A DNA stretch of 63,799 bases, the filler included, from Lenisia limosa (taxonomy: Eukaryota; Protista; Breviatea), in assembly GCA_001655205.1 (NCBI GenBank). It is 13 parts of 13 records of this genome, joined end to end, with 100 filler letters (N's around TTAATTAATTAA, not from the genome) between each part and the next. Parts side by side here need not be neighbours in the genome. Positions count along the whole stretch, not along the records: positions 35,055 to 50,226 come from LPNZ01006357.1; positions 50,327 to 58,580 come from LPNZ01006052.1; positions 58,681 to 59,827 come from LPNZ01011193.1; positions 59,928 to 62,481 come from LPNZ01005350.1; 9 more parts are not named here. The stretch is one strand, 5' to 3'. Positions 47,980-60,055 of this stretch are shown one piece after another. The translations under genes were made by a program, and so were the position numbers. Each line of letters opens with the position of its first letter. Position 1 is the stretch's first letter. The notes beneath the pieces are model-generated. The model did not search any database. It saw nothing but the letters and a program-made list of their open reading frames with translations, and had not been told where the DNA came from.

Positions 47980-50200
47980 TTCATTACTCATCCTGCGATC
48001 TGCAGTCGGATGGGGCAGGGTATTCCTGCCTCTTTACGGCCTGGTCTCTCCCAGCTTATTCTTTCCTAAAATGAAAAATTGTAATGGCTTGTCCAAAAAC
48101 GAATACTACATGGTATAAAACAGACATGAATAACAAAGATTAGACCTTCATCATAAACATAAACCTTAAAAATGAGGCAAACAGAAATATAAGGACTCGG
48201 CCTACCGTGATGTAGACACAGTGAGACCGGTGATGCCGTTGCATCCAAGCATTTCACCCGTCGTGGTGGACCACGCACACGCTCTGATGGGTTATTCTAT
48301 AACCAGCACGCTCTGACGGATTCTATACCCGTCCTTTGTGCTCATTATCCATAACATTATTGACCCACTCACTTCACAGCGCTCCAGCCAACAGGGTTGC
48401 CATTACAGAGGCCGACACCGCTGAAAACCTTTGGTCAGAAACAACAGGGCACTTGGTGATACCCACTCTATCGGATGAGACACTAGGGCCACAGATGCTA
48501 GCGTTGTGTCTGGTTCGGACCTACACCGCTGTAAGCTGATGTCCAAAAGGGGAGAAAATGATCACGCCCCCCCANNNNNNNNNNNNNNNNNNNNNNNNNN
48601 NNNNNNNNNNNNNNNNNNNNNNNNNNNNNNNNNNNNNNNNNNNNNNNNNNNNNNNNNNNNNNNNNNNNNNNNNNNNNNNNNNNNNNNNNNNNNNNNNNNN
48701 NNNNNNNNNNNNNNNNNGTCATTCGCAGTGTAGTCCGTAAAGCCTTGAGTGTGAATGCTGGTGTCTTTTTCTTTCCTTTTTTTCAAGGAGTTTTATGTGG
48801 GCGGAAATGATGGAGATTTAAGTGGCAAACCATCAGGAACGTCAAAGGTGCTCCATGAACTGCCGCTGTTTGTTGAGCACTTCATCTGCGGGGTGGCGTA
48901 AGTCGAGATGAAGCTTAGTAGCAGAATTTTGAGAACAAAAAATGCATACAACAATAGTATTCAGACCCATCCCCCACTCTGATAGGAGTGCCGGCGGGAA
49001 CATGACTGTATTTCAGCTGGCCTGAGGGGTTGGTGGGAGAAGGAATCCCCATGTTCTGAACATGTTAAGACTTCTATTTCTCCATTTCGTCACAAAATCT
49101 GCCTGAGAGCAACTCAAGTCTATGTGTTATATTGTTGCAGTGAGGGATATCAGCCCGCACACTGCAAGCGTGAAAGTTGAAGAAGCGGCCTGAGTCTCGG
49201 GGTCATAGTAGCGCTGAGCGGTCAGTACATTCCAGGGGGGGGGGGGGANNNNNNNNNNNNNNNNNNNNNNNNNNNNNNNNNNNNNNNNNNNNNNNNNNNN
49301 NNNNAAAAGGCAACTGGGCCATGACAAATATTCATAGAACCAAAGCATGGGATTTATACGGGAAAATGGAGCCTGTTTGATAAAACCTGTCCATAAAACC
49401 TGTCCATAATGCTGTGTCAAATGGACAGTCAACCACCCACAGCAGAAGAGGAAGACCCTTTGGTGCTCATGAATATGCCGAAGCCGTCCTCATCACAGTA
49501 CACTGAGCAATGAGAGGCGAACCATGATTCCTTCGTATCACCCACCTTCGCCGATGTCTCTGATTTCATACACTCCCGCACCATTAGTTTCAACAGCAGC
49601 CGAGCATGACGGTGCTATGCCTACACCGTTATTACGATGCTATGTCTACACCATTATTACAGTGCTTTGTCTACACCATTATTACGATGCTATGTCTACA
49701 CCGCTATTGTAGCCAACTTGAACATAACACCCCCCACTTGAGCATGATAATGTGGCGTTCCAGCCTGACGAACCACACGTCATTGTGTCGACTGAAGGGA
49801 AGGGCTTCTGGGGGTCCAGACATACCGAGGTACAAGTACCACCTTGGAATCGGTAAATAAAATACCATGACTGAAAATACATAATACAATTGAAAACAAA
49901 TACCGAGGTACAAGTACCACCTGGTCAAAGTAAGACATTTCTATGCATCAGAACTAAGGCTTCACTTCGGTTCGAAAAAGATCGGTCAAATATCGATAGT
50001 TTTCGAGGATTTATCGAGAAATTCAGACTTTTTTTCGAACCGAAGTGAAGCCCATATCAGAAACCTCACCAGTCTGCATTGAGAATTCTTCGGGACACGA
50101 GACGATCGCCAAAGATGTCGATACCGGCGGGGGGATACAAGGCTATATCGTCAGGATGGTGTAAGCAAACAATTATATGGATACGATCATGATGTCTAAT
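47980..50200 (-). CDS. Multi-exon Cys/Ser/Gly-rich extracellular-type protein with an Asp-box-like motif, 5' partial
   Basis: Exons VYCDEDGFGIFMSTKG, NVLTAQRYYDPETQAASSTFTLA, MKCSTNSGSSWSTFDVPDG (SxxxGxxW), GVGLCNGNPVGWSA and ACAWSTTTGEMLGCNGITG. Confidence 0.5.
49608..49709. repeat. 25-bp tandem repeat, about 4 copies
   Basis: Unit CTACACCRTTATTACGATGCTATGT. Confidence 0.9.
49955..50055. mobile_element. MITE family A
   Basis: Near-perfect TIRs; TSD atcagaac/atcagaaa. Confidence 0.88.
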
Positions 50201-50479
50201 TGATATGCTCTTGGTAGCAATAGAGCNNNNNNNNNNNNNNNNNNNNNNNNNNNNNNNNNNNNNNNNNNNNTTAATTAATTAANNNNNNNNNNNNNNNNNN
50301 NNNNNNNNNNNNNNNNNNNNNNNNNNTTCTGAATTAATGACACGGTTTCTGAATTAATGACACGGTTTTGGTGCAGCAGCATATACTATAATATCATATA
50401 GCTATATTATACACATATCATATACTCGTATAGCAATGTATAATATCAATGTGATTATATTCAATATGTATTGATGAGT

Positions 50480-53125
50480 TAGACGAATGAAATAAGACCG
50501 GTATACAGCGAATTGAACGGAGTGAAAGAGAGAACGTCAGTAGATAGGCCTGAAATGTGCTTATGAGCACCGGAGTAGTAGGCAGTGTCATCTGCATCAC
50601 AGTTAGTTTGGAATAATGCAAGAAAAAGAAATGGTCAAAATGTATAGCCTGAGTATAAATAGTCAACACCATGATGCAAACAAAACTTTCGTTTCTCAAA
50701 AATGGCTAGGCTTTACTAACATACTTGCGTAAAGAACTCGATTCTCTTGAACGGAGAAAAAGCCCTAATTGATTGAACATAATTGTGCAGAAATAATTTT
50801 GCTAAAAAAAGAAACAAGAAATAAGAAAGGGAGGCGCTCGAAGCCATCCAAAACATCAAGCTTATCCGATATGCTGATCACAATATTAATATTATTATAT
50901 ATCATATATATATAGGTATAACGTCATTAGAAGCTCATCTCAAGCACACCTTCACATTGAAGTAAACACCAGGCACGCGGGTCACCCCTCCACTGCATGA
51001 CTAAACAGTGTCAACAGTTGAAGCTTCAAGCAAAGGGTCGCATACAGAAAAATATTTTGATCTCTGAATAAAATATCATCAAAATTCCCAGATCTGCGGC
51101 CTGTAAATTATACTATGAAAGGTATTCAGAAAGCTCTTCAGCTCCCAGACAGAGTATACATATCCATAACATATTATACATGATCCTCGAATAAGCCATT
51201 TAAAATATTGTAAAATGATTGCTTATGATTATTTGAATAAAAAATGCCTTGGCCTACTTTCATTCCTGCACCACAGTAATCCATTGTGTAGATTGTTGTG
51301 ACATATCCAGCGAAAAATAGAGCACCATCATCTAAAGCGTGTCATATTTTAAAGTTCATTTAGTTGCATCATATTTATTTCTAATCATCCTTCAAAATCC
51401 TTGATCTTATCTTCATTTCCTCAGAATAAAAGCGATGAAAATATTGAATCATACAATAATCAAGTAGGAAATATATTTTATGTAACCTACCTTGAGCAAA
51501 ATACACGTGATAAGACCCGGCTTTGAAGACACTGGATATTCCTGTGGGCAAAACCAACATCTAAAGATTAGTGTGATCTTAGAGGGGTGGAAAGAAGCTC
51601 AAATTATAATTAAGAAAAGGAAAGAAGTATAAAACACCCCTTTGTTCTCTATGAAAAAAGAAATTAGAAAAAAAACTGAAACAAAGAGTAAACATCAGCT
51701 TACATCATGCTCTCCAAGAAAGTCCAAATATGAGACATGCTGATTCACAGTACCCGGGGCAGCCTGAATAGCAGTGCCGTAACCTGAGAACTTAGATAGC
51801 TTCTGTTACCCAACTAGAATAAATGCTAAAATGAGTATAAAAACAAAAATAAGATTTAAATAGAACTATTTCAACATCAATAGATCACATCAGCAATTCT
51901 TCAAACCCACCAGAAGGCTGAACAATTGTTACGGGTACGTTAAAGGTCTGGAAAGAGCCCTGGTAATAGGCTCGAAGCTTTCCGTCTAGTAGAGTGAATC
52001 AAACTCCCCAAAATATAACCATTCCATTGGTTCCATAAAGGGTACTGATGAAAAGGGAGATCTTCCACTCAGTCGCCCTCAATTACACATTCTCCTTTCT
52101 ATACAATCTACACACACGGAGAAAAATGAAAATATTTTTTACTACTGTGAGCTTCAGAAAGACTATTGCGATACATACAATGCAGTCAATATATAAATAA
52201 ATTATTGCTACCTCTACCATTACAACTAATATTTTCATAATGACAACATTTGCTATTGTTTTACGGAACAAAACTGATTAAAAGATTGTAACTATGCAGA
52301 AGAAATATAGAACGCGATGTTGAAGGAAAGAACGCTTACAAATGACCATATATTGTTTATCATAATAGCACTGCAGTGATGTGTACACAGCAGGGTAGTC
52401 AGTCGTATCTAAAACACAGTCAAACCCTCAATATCTTTGAGGAAATCACAGATATTTGATTTGAGAGACATTGAGTGAGTATACCTGACCGAAGCCGTCC
52501 GCATCATTACGCTTATAAGAGATATTGGGAAAATAATTTCAAATTGGAAGAAAAAAGGACAAACTAAAAAGTAATTCTCTCCACAGACACCAAGATCTTC
52601 CCCACTCACTATAGAATTGGGTACTAAAATAGAACTCTTTCGAAGTGAAATATCCTTTAGTTTGTGGGTAGACCAAGTTGCTTTCACCTGGTCGGTCAAA
52701 AACACATCTTATTTTTACATCTTAGTGCTAATAGCTCAGATCAGAACTGCACTAAATACAATACTCTGGTTTGTAAGAGGGCCTTCACTTTGCAACCAAC
52801 ATCAGAAGACATGTATAGACTGGGTGCTATGGAACAGGAGTTTAACAGTTATCACCCGCCCAAAAGAACCAAAACTCTAAAATTTTAATAGCTTTCAATA
52901 ATACGATTATATGACTGATATCTTCACAATTCCATCATTTACAACACACACACTATTAAGTTCTAAATTAGCCGAAGGTATACATAAAACTACCCGCACA
53001 ATGATCATCATCTACCCTTGCCTACAATCTTCTGCTGTGGCTATGCCGATTATAACTGCCGTAATGGTAACAAGCCAAAAGAAGAATACTTTGCTGCCCT
53101 CTCGGGACCATTTACGGTGAATCAT
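50480..53125 (-). CDS. Multi-exon secreted hypothetical protein
   Basis: ATG at 53125 gives MIHRKWSREGSKVFFFWLVTITAVIIGIATAED (signal-peptide-like). Later exons: GKLRAYYQGSFQTFNVPVTIVQPSGYGTAIQAAPG, MLVLPTGISSVFKAGSYHVYFAQDDGALFFAGYVTT. 3' end uncertain. Confidence 0.6.
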
Positions 53126-53413
53126 ACTTGATCGTCCGAAAAATGTAGGGTAAAACGTGGAGGGGAACTAAGTAAAGCGCTAACTGCCTTAACTAACTAT
53201 GCCTAAAATAATTAAAATGATTCAAGGACAGATTGAACGGAGAAGAGATGTTTTTTGGGAGTGATTAGAGAATCTGGCTCGGAGAGTCGGGTCATTTAGG
53301 GATTTTATCTCCGCTTGACGTGTTCTAAGGCGCCATCTATCTTATAATGTGTTGATATCGTTACGATCGCAAGACGAGCGAAATTCTACGACCTTCATAG
53401 TTTCCCCGTTGCA

Positions 53414-56400
53414 ATGAGGGTTTTATCGACGCTGCAACTGGGGGCTTCATGCTTATTATGGGCTTGCTTAGTACTACAGGTGCACGCAATCAGACTGCCT
53501 TCAATAGCCGACTTCCAAACTGGTAAGAGGGGAAGATGTGATCATCAAGCTGATATCATTCAACATTATATTATGAAGTTTGCATCTTCTCTTTGGTTCT
53601 TCCAATGCAAATTTTTTTCAAATGTACATGTCATATGTCATATTCAATTTTGTAATTGAAAGGAGTGCTAAATCTGACCTAAATCATTGCGCCACTCTTC
53701 ATATCACAACGCTTAAGGGGAAATCTATACCTCTGCCTTATCGCCCTTATCCGTCTATTACCTCTCTGAAGCCCAACCACGCCTCACCACCCTAGACACC
53801 CATATGTATGCCACGGACTACGACGAATACCGCTCCCCTCCTTATGACGCGTTTGGATCACCCCCTGTTGGGCTTGACTTATGGTGGGGGGTCTAATTAG
53901 AATGTAGTTCAAGTTTTATTTTATTATTTTTACTTGAGGTATATCACTGCTTGGCCACGTATGCGTTTTTGAATTAATATATGACATGATATAAATATTC
54001 TTTAACTATTGATGACACCCCTCCCCCCAGGTTCTTCAAAGAGAACTTGAACAAATCACGTGCCATTGATGACATACTGCTTGTGGACTTCTATCACAAT
54101 AGTTGCCAACGAAGTATTATTTTTTACAAAGGTTAGCTTGATCTGGCTTTTGAATGAATGGGTATTTCTATTGACGAAACAATATTGGTTTCTGCAAAAC
54201 AAGCATCAGAGATATTCAAATAGAATACCTCTTCTTTTGCCAAAAAATGAAAAGGAGGATAGAAAAGGCGGGGGGGAAAGCTGCAATATGCTAAAACAAG
54301 GAAAGAAATTGACGAATATCTTTATCACTCTTATCATCCAACGAATAACAACCTAGACACATTGACAGGTCATATTTGTACCGTCAATGACGGTTGCCAT
54401 GACTTCAACTTCTCTTCTGAACTTGATACTATGTATTACCTTGAGCCTGACTACAACTCTGACTTTTATGTCTACGGCAAAACCGGTGTGCTGAACTCCA
54501 ACATTTTAATGCTGTGTCGTAACCTTTGACCATTTGTGGTGTGTATAATTGTATCACATTCTGAACGCATAAGCTTTCTGTATTGCAATCATTATTTGTT
54601 AAGTGTTCACTTTGGCACCCAAATAAGGCAATTATTCTAAAGGATTATTGACAAATCATTTGGTCTTTAGGTATCCAAGTTATTTTTTAAAATACATTTA
54701 CATTGAATTTGTTCGTTCTTTTGGCAGTTTTTGGTGACATTTTCCTCACCATCCACTTTTTCTGACCACATAGCCGAAGGCCAGTATGTCAAAGCGTCCA
54801 CAGACCCGGGAAAAACGACATACTACACCTATGTAAGTTGCATCCAAAAGTTGTTTTAGTTAATGATTATCTTGCTCTAAATAAAGTAGACTGGATATTC
54901 AATATCGATTCTAAAAGTTGTAAATATGATGATACAGAGTATTTTTCGATTTTTTAAGAATTTTCAATATAGATCATCCCTCATTTATTTGTGAACACGA
55001 CACTGTGGCTCTGTAAATTCTATTTCACGCTGTTTCCGAGCAACTTAATACCAATTCAGGGACTTTCTTCTCCAATTGTATCATTTATTGGACCTTTTGC
55101 CTTCCTGAGTAGGGGGCGCGACACACAGCTATCTCAAGAAAATTTTGAAAGATTGTATATTATTATCACGTCTATATGTCGAGCTGTTTTGTACAGGATA
55201 CGTTTTTTTGTAAACAGCTTTACTCTGGACCGTAATGTTGGTAAATTTTAAAAAATAGAAAAATCCATTCTTCTTATTCAAATTCAATAGTTACTTTGGT
55301 GCTTGATTTAATATAATATACTTTATGATATATAGTACACGTATAGCTAGTGGCCGTGATAAGCCTTGACCGATTTGCTCAATGACTTCCCAATCAGTCT
55401 TATCCTGGTCACTGTATAATATAATATAAATACATATAAGCCCCCCCCCCCCGTTTNNNNNNNNNNNNNNNNNNNNNNNNNNNNNNNNNNNNNNNNNNNN
55501 NNNNNNNNNNNNNNNNNNNNNNNNNNNNNNNNNNNNNNNNNNNNNTGGTTCAAGGGTTGTAACAATATGATTGTCTTATTCTAATAGGATAATAGCAGTT
55601 TACTTGTCTGATTTTATCCATCGTTCCTAAATATATTTCATTAATTGAAGTTGCCTTCTTTTGTTTTACTTTCCCTGTCTTTAACCAGGGTATTTTCCCT
55701 CATTTCTACTTGGAATAAGAACATCCCCCTTGATATTATGGGATTGTGTTTTCATTATTGGGTGATTTTATGAACAATTCTCTCACATTATGTTGTTTCA
55801 TGGAGCATGTATCAAGCTGTTTAAATAAATCCAGTAAACATGTCACCATTTGGACATTTTCCGCGATTCCCAGACGATTCTGTTACTTCTTAGGGAGGTG
55901 TGGCCAGTAGCGTGACAACAATTAAATATGCCACACTGGTTGTTGGCTCCTTTGACTTTGTCCAAATCCAACGGGTTCTCGATTCCCACCTTGCCCTTGC
56001 AAGTAGGTGTCTCTGTATTGTTGACGAAAACGAAGAAATTGACTTCTTTATTTCTGCGTTTGTTGCTTTTTCTTTAACATGTTTTCACTTTGATTTCTCC
56101 AAATAACTTTCCAAATTAAGAGACAACCAGTGACAGATTCAAGTCCCTTTATAAACACCCCCACTTATTTATTAACCATAAACTCAGCTTCTTGGTTGAC
56201 ACTTAAGCTGTTTAGGGAAACTCTTTCCTTTATTTAAATTTATTTAACTCGGACTTTTTTTATTTAACTCTTGAGGTGATGGCAAGTTGTGGGTAGCAGG
56301 ACGGCGACCCTATGACAACGACGTCATTTATTCTTCGGACGTTTGTGGGGACAATCTTAAGCTCTGAATATCTTAACCTCTCCATTTTGAAGCTTTCTCT

Positions 56401-58456
56401 ATTTTTCTCTTCTTTTTTAATGACGATGAAGCAATGATGTTATTTCTTTCAAGCCCACATTCCAGGTGTTTGTTGAGAACCACCTGACCGACCTTGAAGT
56501 TGGGGAGAAGATTATCATGATGAGCTCGCTCGTTAACGGCAAAAGAGGCCTTCTTTACACAGGTGAGCTGCAAATTTTGATTCTCATCATTAGTTGTTGT
56601 ATACACGAGATTTCCATTGGTTGATTTGCTTGAGTTTATCGGGGGGTTCAGTCTGCTCTCAAAGAAACCTAAGATTTTTTGGTTCATCTATCTCCAAAAA
56701 GGAAAACTATAATGATTTAGACCAAAATCGGTTTTTGGCTTTTGAGAAAGAAACCTCTATCTATGAGAAGATATTTGTTGTCTCGAGAAGTTGCTGCGAA
56801 TTCTCAGTGAGCAAAAATTCTGGTGATTTGTCACTGTGGTTTTTGTATTGTCGAAATAATCTATTTTCTTTATTAAAATTGCTTTACTGATATTGGGCAT
56901 CCTGCCTGTGCAAAACTGATGATATCCATATGTCCTAAACGGATAGTAATAGTATTACTTGGGAACTATTTTGAATTGGTGGTTCAATGCGGCCTTAAAT
57001 GATATTTTATGTGATAATTTGTTTCTGAAAGGGTGATGAAAGCAAAAAATTTCATGTTCACAAACCCTCTGACAGTTTTGACGTGCTTACCAATTTTCAG
57101 TCCCTCAACTCTACCGCCCACGATATTGACGATGTGGCTCATCCCATTCGGTCTATGTCAGACAACTACAGACAGGAACACACTATTGTTATTGTTGACG
57201 GTGGGCTGATTTTTGGAAGATATGTGATGTGTACAACCTCGCCCCATCAATAATAAACCCTTTTAAACCAGCAACATAGAACGTGCATTGTTTTGTGCTT
57301 TAGTGCCATTATATTTCTATCTTTTCTCTCATTTTTAATAATTCTCAATATGACCCCTTTTTCTCATTTTGGTGTGATGTATTATCATTGTACAGTAGGC
57401 ACCAAAAACTAAACAATGAGCGTATTGTGAAGTAGATTACGCTCAGAATTTTTAATCAACACTCAATCACCATCTGTCTCTTTAAGGAGGTTTTATTATT
57501 CACTGTCCACGTTCAGCCAATTGGAATGTTTGGATTGTCAACAATGAGGAAGTCACCCCCTTCTTCCAGACGGTCACAACAAAGTTTATGAAGGTTGGTC
57601 TTGATGTCAACATTTCGAGTTGAAAGGTTTGTTTTTCGGACCATGAAGAAATAAAAGTCTAAAAATAGTCAACGTAAGCAAATTAGTAATTTTAACTTCG
57701 TAATTATACTTTCTATGATTATGGTTAAACTTTCCAGATCGGAGTGACCACTTCTTCTCATCGAATTTTCTCAACAGCGTCAGCTATCCACACCCTTAGT
57801 AGGCGCTGAAACGTGGCACCTTCATAATGCTGATTATATTGCTTTTGAACAATTACAATCAAATAGTTTTGTAATTGAGTAAAAAAAAGGTCTAGGGTGA
57901 TGGATGGCAAAATGAAAGCTGATTTGGCACCTCGGTTAAAATAGAATATAGTACATGTAATTATGCTTATATCGCTGTGCGCAGACCAATATTTCAACAT
58001 AGATTAACAATACTAACACAAATGGATTTGTGTTTTTCTTCTACTTGCTTCCCCATATAATTGCAGCAGATCCTGACAAGACCGTTTCCACCACCACGGG
58101 TTCATTCAGATCGAAGCTATTCGAGGTTAACAGAGCTGAAAAGGTTGGTTAGATTCACGTAGATTAATATTGTTTGCTATGTTGTAGCTTCATAAACTGA
58201 TAGTACATGAATAAAATGTCAAGTTTATATGTTAATAACAGCTGTATCAACTTAATGTAGTATGTATGACCCAAAAAAAAGCCTCTTTATTTTGCCTTAT
58301 TTAAATGCGTTCTTTATGTTCTTCTGTTCCCATTCTTAACGTTTAAGGTCCGAAATAGTTTTGGCTTTCTTCTCCCAATGTCTTCCCCCGACTATGTTAA
58401 TCAGAAACAAGCTGTTGTCCATATGACCGGAACCTACTATTCCACTGGAACCTACT
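53414..58456 (+). CDS. Large multi-exon secreted hypothetical protein (beta-rich), 3' truncated
   Basis: MRVLSTLQLGASCLLWACLVLQVHAIRLP (signal-peptide-like), then GT-AG exons such as GHICTVNDGCHDFNFSSELDTMYYLEPDYNSDFYVYGKT, GDGKLWVAGRRPYDNDVIYSSD and ANWNVWIVNNEEVTPFFQTVTTKFMK. It may be more than one gene. Confidence 0.55.
55347..55414. mobile_element. MITE family C, degenerate
   Basis: TAGTGGCCGTGATAAGCCTTGACCGATTT...GTCTTATCCTGGTCACTG TA. Confidence 0.65.
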
Positions 58457-59147
58457 GTAAGTCCACTTGCTGTGTCGCTTTTCATAAGCTGTACCTTTTA
58501 TGTGTTAGTGGTAATTGGTAATTTACAAAATGAATAACTTTTTTGCATTAGTTGTACATATCCCCGTCCACAAAAACCGGNNNNNNNNNNNNNNNNNNNN
58601 NNNNNNNNNNNNNNNNNNNNNNNNTTAATTAATTAANNNNNNNNNNNNNNNNNNNNNNNNNNNNNNNNNNNNNNNNNNNNTAGAAGAGAAACAAAAAAAA
58701 AATTGGGTGCAATAAAAATAGTTTTAAATGCAGAAGTGTGCTTAACAACGGTTTTATTTCAGAAAAAGGTTGAGTGGAAACAAAACAATAAGAAACAAGG
58801 TTTACCCTTATTTCGAAAAACAATTCACGGACTATCCAAGTCACCCTGTTTTGATTTAAACTTTTAGAGCCTCTATCGTCAAATTTTTGAGCAAAAGGTT
58901 GAGACTTATTGGAAAACGTGAATAATGTTTGTTAGAAATAAATCATAATGGTTTTGGAGAGAAAATTATAAATTCATTTGATTGAGGGTAACAGAAACCA
59001 AACGGCGGTCTTTATATTGAGAAACCAGATTATTTCGAGAGAAGNNNNNNNNNNNNNNNNNNNNNNNNNNNNNNNNNNNNNNNNNNNNNNNNNNNNNNNN
59101 NNNNNNNNNNNNNNNNNNNNNNNNNNNNNNNNNNNNNNNNNNNNNNN

Positions 59148-59562
59148 NGGCAGAATCGAGTGTACCGGAGTTGAAAGTTACCGTGTGATTCGCAGGAATG
59201 TGGAAGGCTGAATTGTGACAAATGTTGACCCATTTGATCATACGACCGACTTTCGAGTCGAAATAATCATATATATGGACAAAAGTGGGACATCAAAAGG
59301 GGGTTAAAGATTCTCCGTGGATTGTTGCATTTCCATGTATTAATATGTATCCTTCTGATTGCTTTATATTATCTTTCTATCAAAAACTCCCACTATTCCA
59401 AAGAAGCCCCCCCCCCAGAAGAACACACCCGAATAAGTCCCGGTCATATCCGGGGCCACGGTGGTGAGAGCGGCGTAGTTGTCATCAAGACGATATCCAA
59501 GCTCGTTCATCAACCCTGCTGTGGCACACTTGTTGTCTACCGTGGTGCTGGGAGGGTAAATA
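59148..59562 (-). CDS. Exons of an extracellular-type hypothetical protein, fragment
   Basis: STTVDNKCATAGLMNELGYRLDDNYAALTTVAPDMTGTYS and AFHIPANHTVTFNSGTLDS, with splice signals. Confidence 0.5.
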
Positions 59563-59604
59563 GTGGTGCTGGGAGGGTAAATAGTGGTGCTGGGAGGGTA
59601 AATA
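59542..59604 (-). repeat. 21-bp perfect triple repeat covering a splice acceptor
   Basis: Sense unit TATTTACCCTCCCAG|CACCAC x3. Confidence 0.95.
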
Positions 59605-59707
59605 GGACAATTTATGAAACAAAAATGATTGGCCACATAATCAACTCTGTTGACTAACAATACACAAAGGTTGATAAAAACAACAATAACAAAACAAAAG
59701 CCCAGGC
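59590..59707 (-). repeat. Family E intron 3'-end element
   Basis: gcctgggcttttgttttg...tcaacctttgtgt...gtcaacagagttgatta...tttgtttcataaattgtcctatttaccctcccag. Confidence 0.75.
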
Positions 59708-60055
59708 TAGTTAGCGGCGGCGGCGGCGGCGGTGGGGGGAGGAGGTGTTAGCTCAAAAGTACACTTTACACTATCCATATCCCCTGCTCTATCTCCACAG
59801 CCACCCCTATCACTCCACACCTCCTACNNNNNNNNNNNNNNNNNNNNNNNNNNNNNNNNNNNNNNNNNNNNTTAATTAATTAANNNNNNNNNNNNNNNNN
59901 NNNNNNNNNNNNNNNNNNNNNNNNNNNGGCTTAAAAGAGCTTCACATTCGGTTCCGAAACACCTGTAAAATATCGATATTTATCGAGGATTTATCGAGAA
60001 TTATGTCTCTTTTGGAACCGAAAGCAAAGCTCTACTAATACCTCAATCATACCAC

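Noticed and set aside
48370-48900. Plus-strand gene reading APANRVAITEADTAENLW / EFYVGGNDGDL
   Set aside because: The minus strand gives a more coherent series of splice-flanked exons, so the plus frames are probably antisense shadows. Not fully excluded.
51335-51425. Apparent exon GNEDKIKDFE needing a GA donor
   Set aside because: Skipping it joins YFAQ to DDGALFF in phase through canonical GT-AG sites.
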